From Massalongia carnosa (Eukaryota), in contig OZ287075.1 of NCBI GenBank assembly GCA_965645245.1, positions 2,232,001-2,296,000 of the forward strand: DNA of 64,000 nucleotides, read 5' to 3'. A program made the position numbers and the translations under genes. Under the pieces are notes generated by a model, which searched no databases, was not told where the DNA came from, and saw nothing but the letters and a program-made list of their open reading frames with translations. The first letter of the stretch is position 1. Every line of letters starts with the position of its first letter. This document shows positions 57,420-64,000 of this stretch, piece after piece.

Positions 57420-57986
57420 TGTGACGAAGCGAGATAGTGAATAGATTTCTACCATTGCGCCACCTGTCCTTCCCGACTAAAAGGCACAATACTTAGTCCG
57501 CAGACCAAGCTCTATTCTACTATAACTGGGACCTGCTATGTTCGCTGTAGGTCCTGCCGTCCGCACCACGCTTGGTCGAACCGTTACACTACCGCCCGTC
57601 TAGCTGCGGCTAGCCCCTAGCCGCTTCCAGTTATAGTTAGCCCCGAAGAATGGGCTCTTCTTAGCGTACCGCCCTCGCCGATCCGACTTAGAGAGTTTTC
57701 ATCCAACGCTTTCCCGTTTCGTCCTAGCTACAGTCCGTCGAAGCAAGGCGAAAAAGCGAGGAACTCAGGTCAGGAATCGAACTCACGACAAGTACACCGA
57801 TTGATGACTAAGTATTCTGTGACGAAGCGAGATAGTGAATAGATTTCTACCATTGCGCCACCTGTCCTTCCCGACTAAAAGGCACAATACTTAGTCCGCA
57901 GACCAAGCTCTATTCTACTATAACTGGGACCTGCTATGTTCGCTGTAGGTCCTGCCGTCCGCACCACGCTTGGTCGAACCGTTACA
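57420..57986 (-). mobile_element. TRIM (miniature non-coding LTR retrotransposon), 567 bp
   Basis: Identical 169-bp LTRs 57420-57588 and 57818-57986 (TG..CA); TSD CCGTT (57415-57419, 57987-57991); 229-bp non-coding interior; minus-strand PPT-like AGACGGGCGGTAG and LTR-complementary PBS. Confidence 0.93.
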
Positions 57987-58154
57987 CCGTTGAGAGGGGT
58001 CTAAACTCGATTTAGTTAATGAGATTCTGACTAACCTGAATAGAGGAACGGGAGCTTAGTCAGATTCATCTGCGGGATTGATTCTGGATCGGGTTGGTTC
58101 GATTTCATGACAACACCTGAATATCAATGTTTCACCTGATTATTCCCATTCATC

Positions 58155-58977
58155 ATGCGAGGTATTGAGATAGAAGTTCCGGACCAATCAGACGTGGTAC
58201 CATCTGAAATATTAAATCAACAAAAAGGGAAGCAGAAGCTCAGTGTTGACAAAATAACTAAATCTTTACCTCCTCTCTTCTCTAAATACTCCCCTATTTT
58301 TGTGGCATATCGAAAGCCCGAAAGCATGCTTGCATCCGAGGAGCAAACTCCTTACAGCTTATTTGGTCTTTTTATCTCCTCCAACTTGCTTCAAATCATC
58401 GCAAATCACACCAATCTGATGGCAGATAGAGAGCGCGTTCAAGTAACCAAACATCAGAGACCATGGTATCCGACCAACCTTTCTGAAATTGGAGCCTTTT
58501 TAAGACTTTTACTTTATATGGGCTATACTCCCATGCCTCGTATTCGTGATTTTTGGAACGTCAATCCTAAGCTTGCTATTCATTCTATTATCCTCATATC
58601 TATGAGTCGTACTCGATGGGAGTAAATCAGACGATATTTAAAAATATTCAATCCTATCGAAGACGACAAGGTCAATACCCGGGGCCCTGATTGGTGGAAG
58701 AAATTAGAACCTCTCATCACCGAGTTTCGGGTTAACTCACAAAGATACTGGACTCCTGGTAGTCATGTCTCTGTTGATAAGCAATTGATTATATTCAAAG
58801 GGAGGAGTTGTCATACTATGCAAATAGCTACCAAAGCCGCTGGAGTAGGATTCAAACTGTATAGCTTATTTCAAGAGAATTATCTCTTTGACTTCCTTCT
58901 CACGTCTAAGGTATGAAGCAGAATATCGATAATTTAGGTCCAAATAGCTAACTTCCTGCTCAGGTTACCAAGATTAG
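58155..58977 (+). mobile_element. piggyBac-like transposase remnant 2, truncated by an LTR
   Basis: TPYSLFGLF..HTN..LLLYMG..MSRTRWE* then WWKKLEPL..PGSHVSVDKQL..FKGR..GFKLY; intron 58911-58963. Confidence 0.85.
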
Positions 58978-61900
58978 TGTTACAGCGCCGCCGTATAAGG
59001 CAGATTATTACTAAGCCTGATGACTCAGCGGTGCTGAACACAGTCATACTATTGCCTCAGTACCTCAGACGTGCCCGGCTAAGCCCCTTCGGGTTAGCCT
59101 TACAGAACGTTAAGCCCCTTCGGGTTAACAGGCTGACTACGCAGCACATCTGTAGCAAGTCTGAGCCCAAAACTCAAGATTACGGTCAGATATGGCTTAA
59201 CGATCATGACAAGAACGATTTCGACCTTATAGAACAACGTCACAACTTCATTGTTTTCATGTTTGTAACGTCGTCGTCGCTTGATATGATCATGATCAAT
59301 GTATTTTTGATTTTTTCGTTATAAATTTCAATCTTTATTTATGTTTATAACGTGCAGAGCAATTTTACATACATCTTGTTATTTTCGTTAAGTCGATTCT
59401 TGATTTCTATGCGAAGTGCAATCAGATTGCCCCACATGAACTTTACAACGAACAGGAATTTCAGGAAACTTTCTATACAAATTCTACTTGACTTCTTTCG
59501 AAGAAATAGCCCGTGTCAAGCAAAAAAGCAAGACGTCAAAATGTCGAAAAATCGCAATAATACACGATTTATTACGAATATCTGACCGTAATATTTAGTT
59601 TTGCGCTCAGACGTGCTATCGCAGCCACGTTAGTCAGCTGGGACGCTAATCCGAAGGAGCTTAGCGAAATAGGCTAACCCGGAGGGGCTTAGACGGCTCC
59701 TAGAGCCCACGCACGTCTGAGGTACTGAGGCAATCATACTATAGTCAGGTCAAGCGATGACTAATGGGACGGGACAGAAGGTCTGAGCCCACGGAGGAAC
59801 GTCCGCCCTTAGTTGGCATAGTTGGCAGAGTACTGAAGAAACTCGACCTCGACTATTCCCACTGATCTATATAATATGGTGTTAGGCCCACTTAGATAGA
59901 TCATCTTACAATTTAACTACTCCGTACAAAATTGTTCTACTCTTAACCCACTACACTACTCCTAGTCCAGAGTCACTCTAACATATTGTAAGATCCATTA
60001 CGACGAGTGGTCCAGTGGGAACTCTACCCTATCCTGTCGTCTCAACGACATTTATCCTCTATTATGACCTCTTACACCCTCCGAAGTCGTTCCGTAGGCG
60101 CCCAACCCTCGGAGTCTGAACTGGAGCCAGAGGCCCAACATCCTAGTATAGGGATTGTGGTAGACAGCCAGATGGACATCGGGCCAGACATCGGCACCGT
60201 GTCGGGCTTAACTGACTCAAGCCTAAGCATTCCTTCTCCTGGGGTAATGTTAACCAAGGAGCAGATGCAAGCGCGTATAGATACCATCATGGCAAAGAAA
60301 GCTGAGGCTCACCTTAGCCGACAGCTTGCCATCATGGAGCAAGAAGAACAGGACGGTTTTCCTCTCGCTGATACCAGTCTAATGACGTTGTCTCATCGGG
60401 GCCGCAGCAGCAGGTTGCCGTCCAGCGAAGAGATACTCGAGAAGAAGCTAGAGAACAATCGAAAGGTTGAGGCTCGGCTGAACGTCATCAAGGTAGATCT
60501 GTACACAGCTGACACGTATGCTAAATGTGTCATCTTTATAGCCCAGTGTCTCCAGGCTTTTCAGCAAAAGCCTGCCACATATGATACGGCCAAGGGACAG
60601 ATCCTTTTCGCCAAAGCCTTCAAGCGAGGAGACGTCGTTAGCAAGTGGCAGACCCACGAGGAAGCGGTAGGTCTCGATAATATTACCTGGGAAACATACC
60701 TTACCTGGTTGAGAGACGATGTATGGCCGCCACACCTCCGAATTCATGACGGATTCTTGAAGTACCGCTCAGTGTGACAACGGGAAGGACAAACCGTTGC
60801 CCAGCTAATCGCGTACATCAGGAGCATAGAAGACATCCTACCCCCACAAGAGTCATCCATGAGAATGAACACACTCCTAGGAGCTCTGAAGCCTACCCTC
60901 CGGGAAGAAATAATCAAGCACAACTCTTCGGTAACCACCCGGGAACTCCTTGAACCCTTAGCTCAGAAGCTCGAGGCCATTGACAACAACTATAACCGTA
61001 CCAAGGAGAATGGCCGAAGAGAGGCACCATCGCGACCCACACGGGACAGCGACGCCACATCTGGATGGAACGTCTGGAAATCGGACTCGGGGAATGATTA
61101 CCGATCTGGCTTTCATCAAACCCCTACTCATGACAAGAGGAACAAGGACGGTTTCCATCAAGGTCAGCGTCGCAAGAGGTCCGTATCTTCCCATCGCACA
61201 TATAACGAGGGAGGAAAGTATAATCGACACGGATCAAACGGTAAGGAGCCTATGAGGTCCTTCAATCGTGACAGGACAGATCCGGGCCGTCAGCGGGAAC
61301 GCCGTGGCAACAATGGTAACAACGACAGTACCATCAAGTGCTATAACTGCGGCGATTACGGCCACATGGCAAAGACTTGTCTCAAAACCAATAATCCAAA
61401 GATGGAGGGAAACGGCAGGGGCCAGTAGACATCGCAACCCTTCTATTGACCCGTTCTGCTAGGGGGCAAAATGTCAGCCACATAGTGACGCCGGTTACTA
61501 TGATATGCGGTAAGTTCAAGTTGACGGTAAGAGGTCTCATAGATTGTGGTGCAACTTTGAACTTTATCACCCAGATCCTAATTAAGAGGTTGGGTTGTGA
61601 GCCTGGCGTTGATCTCCCGCATGGGGTTCGGACCATTGACGGTACTGCGCTCAGGACCTATCAACTTCATACTTTGTACGCCAAAGTTGTGGACTCGATA
61701 GAGAATGAGCGTGTTACCAAGGCGGACTTCATCGCAGCAGACTTCGCTGGATTCGATGTTATTCTGGGCCTACCATGGCTAATACGGGAAGATCCCGAGA
61801 TAGCATGGGGTCAGCGGAAGTGGTGGTATCGGCTAGGGCCTGCGTCGCCACCGATCCCACTTCCACCGTTGCAAAAAATACAGGTTCATAAACCCACGGA

Positions 61901-64000
61901 GTTGCCACCGGTACCTGGAAGTCATTTAATAAATGGACCCACGCTACCTAAAGGGCGGTAAAAGCTCGTGAGGCAAAGAGCCTTGGCAAAAAGAAGAAAG
62001 CAACTGCCCATACCTGCTCCGCTTAGGAGCCGTAGAAGTTCAGTCGGACGCTTTGTGAGTCCAGAGAAGAAGTCAGCGACATCGATCGTTGCAAAGGATG
62101 GACAGTTGTCATCGGAGTCTTCTTTCGTGAACCCGAATAATGTACATGAGACCAAGAGAAGTCTTACTTCGGAAGATATCTTGATGAGTTCTTCTACTAG
62201 GAAAGAACCGTATAATGCGCGTGACGAACCCGTATCTATAAACATAGCATTACTTAGTGCAGAGGAGTTTGATGAATGTATCACAGAAGTTGGTGCTTAT
62301 CTCTTTGCCATCGAAGTAACGGATGTGACCAGTGATAGTCCCGTACTCGGTGCGACCGTTGAAGTCATTCTTCCTGAGGAGTATCAAGACTTCCTCGATG
62401 TCTTTTCTGAAGAGAAAGCAAACAAGCTTCCCGCTCATGCATCTCATGATCATGCAATAGAAACGGAAGGTAGTCAACCCCCGTACGGGCCTATCTATCC
62501 TCTTTCCATTGTAGAATTAGAGGTCTTGAGAAAGTACATAGACGAGCACCTCGCCAAAGGCTTCATCACCCCATCCGTGTCTCCAGCGGGAGCACCCATA
62601 CTCTTTGTAAAGAAGAGCGATGGAGAGTTGCGTTTATGCGTAGACTATCGAGGACTAAACTCCATCACCATTAAGAATCGACATCCTCTGCCTTTAATCG
62701 CAGAAGTATTAGATCGACTGGTGGGAGCAAAGTTCTTTACAAAGATAGACCTGCGTGCCGCATACAATCTGATACGCATCCGGGCAGGTGACGAATGGAA
62801 GACGGCGTTTAGAACCCGTTATGGACACTTCGAATATAAGGTCATGCCATTCGGACTAGCAAATGCCCCGGCGACATTTCAAGCATATATTAATAACACG
62901 CTGCGCGAGTTTCTTGATTTGTTCGCAATTGCATTCCTAGATGATATTCTCATCTTCTCGGAGACGTTCGATGAACATGTGGAACACGTACGAAAAGTAC
63001 TCGGGAGGCTGCGGAAGTTCAAACTCTTCGCGAAGCTATCGAAGTGCGAGTTCCATGTGTTAGAAACCCTGTTCCTTGGGTTCTTAGTAGGCGCGGATGG
63101 AATTTCTATGGACCCCAGCCGCGTCGAGACTATTCGGAGCTGGCCTGAACCGGGAACACATAGAGACGTGCAGGTCTTTTTAGGCTTTGCCAATTTCTAT
63201 CGCAGATTCATTGAGGCGTTTGCCCGCATAGTATCCGCACTCCGATCTGTTGAAAGGAAGTACGAAAGGAAAATTTACAACCAAATTTATCCTAACAGAA
63301 GAGGGTCGAAAGGCTTTTCACCGTTTAAAGGCCGCGTTTATGACGGCACCCATGCTTCGTCATTTCGATCCCAGTCTGAAGATAAGGATTGAAACGGACG
63401 CATCGGGATTTGCTGTCTCTGCGATCATTACTCAATTAAATCCAGAGACAGGACAATGGCATCCTATTGCATACTGGTCTAGGAAAATGACTGATCCTGA
63501 GAGAAATTATGGCATCGGCGAAGCCGAAATGCTGGCCATCGTAGGAGCGTGCCGGCAGTGGAGACACTACGTAGAAGGCGCGGCTCATCCTATTGAAGTC
63601 ATTACCGACCATGCAAACTTGAGAACTTTTCTTACTAGCAAAAATCTCAATAGAAGAGAGGCTAGGTGGTGGGAGAGACTCTCCGGCCTAGATCTTCAAA
63701 TAATATACCGCCCGGGGAAACTCAATCCTGCGGATGCGCCCTCCCGACGGAGCGACTACGCCCCTCTCGGTGAGGCAGAGACGCTTCTGGCCACGCTGTC
63801 AGGAAGCAGTCAAACAATAATTATTCCATCCCTTAATACAGGGGGAGGAGCCTTGCTGACCGCAACAAGCAGGCCCCATCCTAAGCCCGGCATCGTATCG
63901 GAGGAACTGCTTAGGAACGGTGCTCAAACACCGTGGGATATATCCCGAAGCGCATTTGCCTCGTTAGTTCCGAAGGAAGGATCTTCTGTGCCTTCTGCGG
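58978..64000 (+). mobile_element. Ty3/gypsy element F (degenerate, runs off the window end)
   Basis: 5' LTR 58978-59983 (TGTTA..TAACA; about 316 bp after removing the MITE); gag 60064-61428 with TGA at 60775 and CYNCGDYGHMAKTC; pol LIDCGA, TAA at 61959, RT (FLDD), frameshift near 63241, RNase H ETDASG. Confidence 0.9.
59052..59733. mobile_element. MITE / non-autonomous TIR element with 8-bp TSD (hAT-like) inside the LTR of element F
   Basis: Perfect 23-bp TIRs TTGCCTCAGTACCTCAGACGTGC (59052-59074, 59711-59733); TSD TCATACTA (59044-59051, 59734-59741); subterminal TAAGCCCCTTCGGGTTA-like motifs. Confidence 0.88.

Noticed and set aside
57700..57790. Hammerhead ribozyme (retrozyme) in the TRIM, suggested by minus-strand AGGACGAAAC
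   Set aside because: No CUGANGA core in the right position (only CTGACCTGAG) and stems I/III could not be built
57773..57812. tRNA gene or Pol III promoter in the TRIM (minus-strand GAGTTCGATTCC B-box-like)
   Set aside because: A-box to B-box spacing too short and no cloverleaf; may be chance
59015..59045. Hammerhead at CTGATGA-CTCAGC-GGT-GCTGA
   Set aside because: No GAAA after the stem
1..64000. Starship giant transposon
   Set aside because: No DUF3435-type captain recognised; the three recombinases are Crypton or retroelement type; cannot exclude that the window lies inside a larger element

Overview
Eukaryotic DNA, almost certainly a filamentous ascomycete (short GT/GC-AG introns with CTRAY branch points, a FunK1 kinase, a fungal Crypton, chromoviruses). 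Roughly three quarters of the window is nested transposons: a MULE remnant, a Crypton, two piggyBac remnants, two near-identical inverted Fot1/pogo elements, a Tc1-like element, six Ty3/gypsy-type LTR elements (two apparently intact, one gag-protease-only), a 567-bp TRIM, a MITE with an 8-bp TSD, and two tyrosine-recombinase (YR; DIRS/Ngaro-like) retrotransposons. Host-type islands are a frameshifted FunK1 kinase, an intact intronless MACPF/CDC-like ORF and several pseudogenes. The best candidate for an undescribed system is the pair of divergent YR retroelements. Both show gag and RT in one frame separated by a single stop in a readthrough context, and both end in a long 3' stem-loop closing on TGCCCAA plus a simple tail. 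Neither shows the inverted or split direct terminal repeats known for DIRS/Ngaro. All family calls come from motifs recognised by eye; no database search was run.
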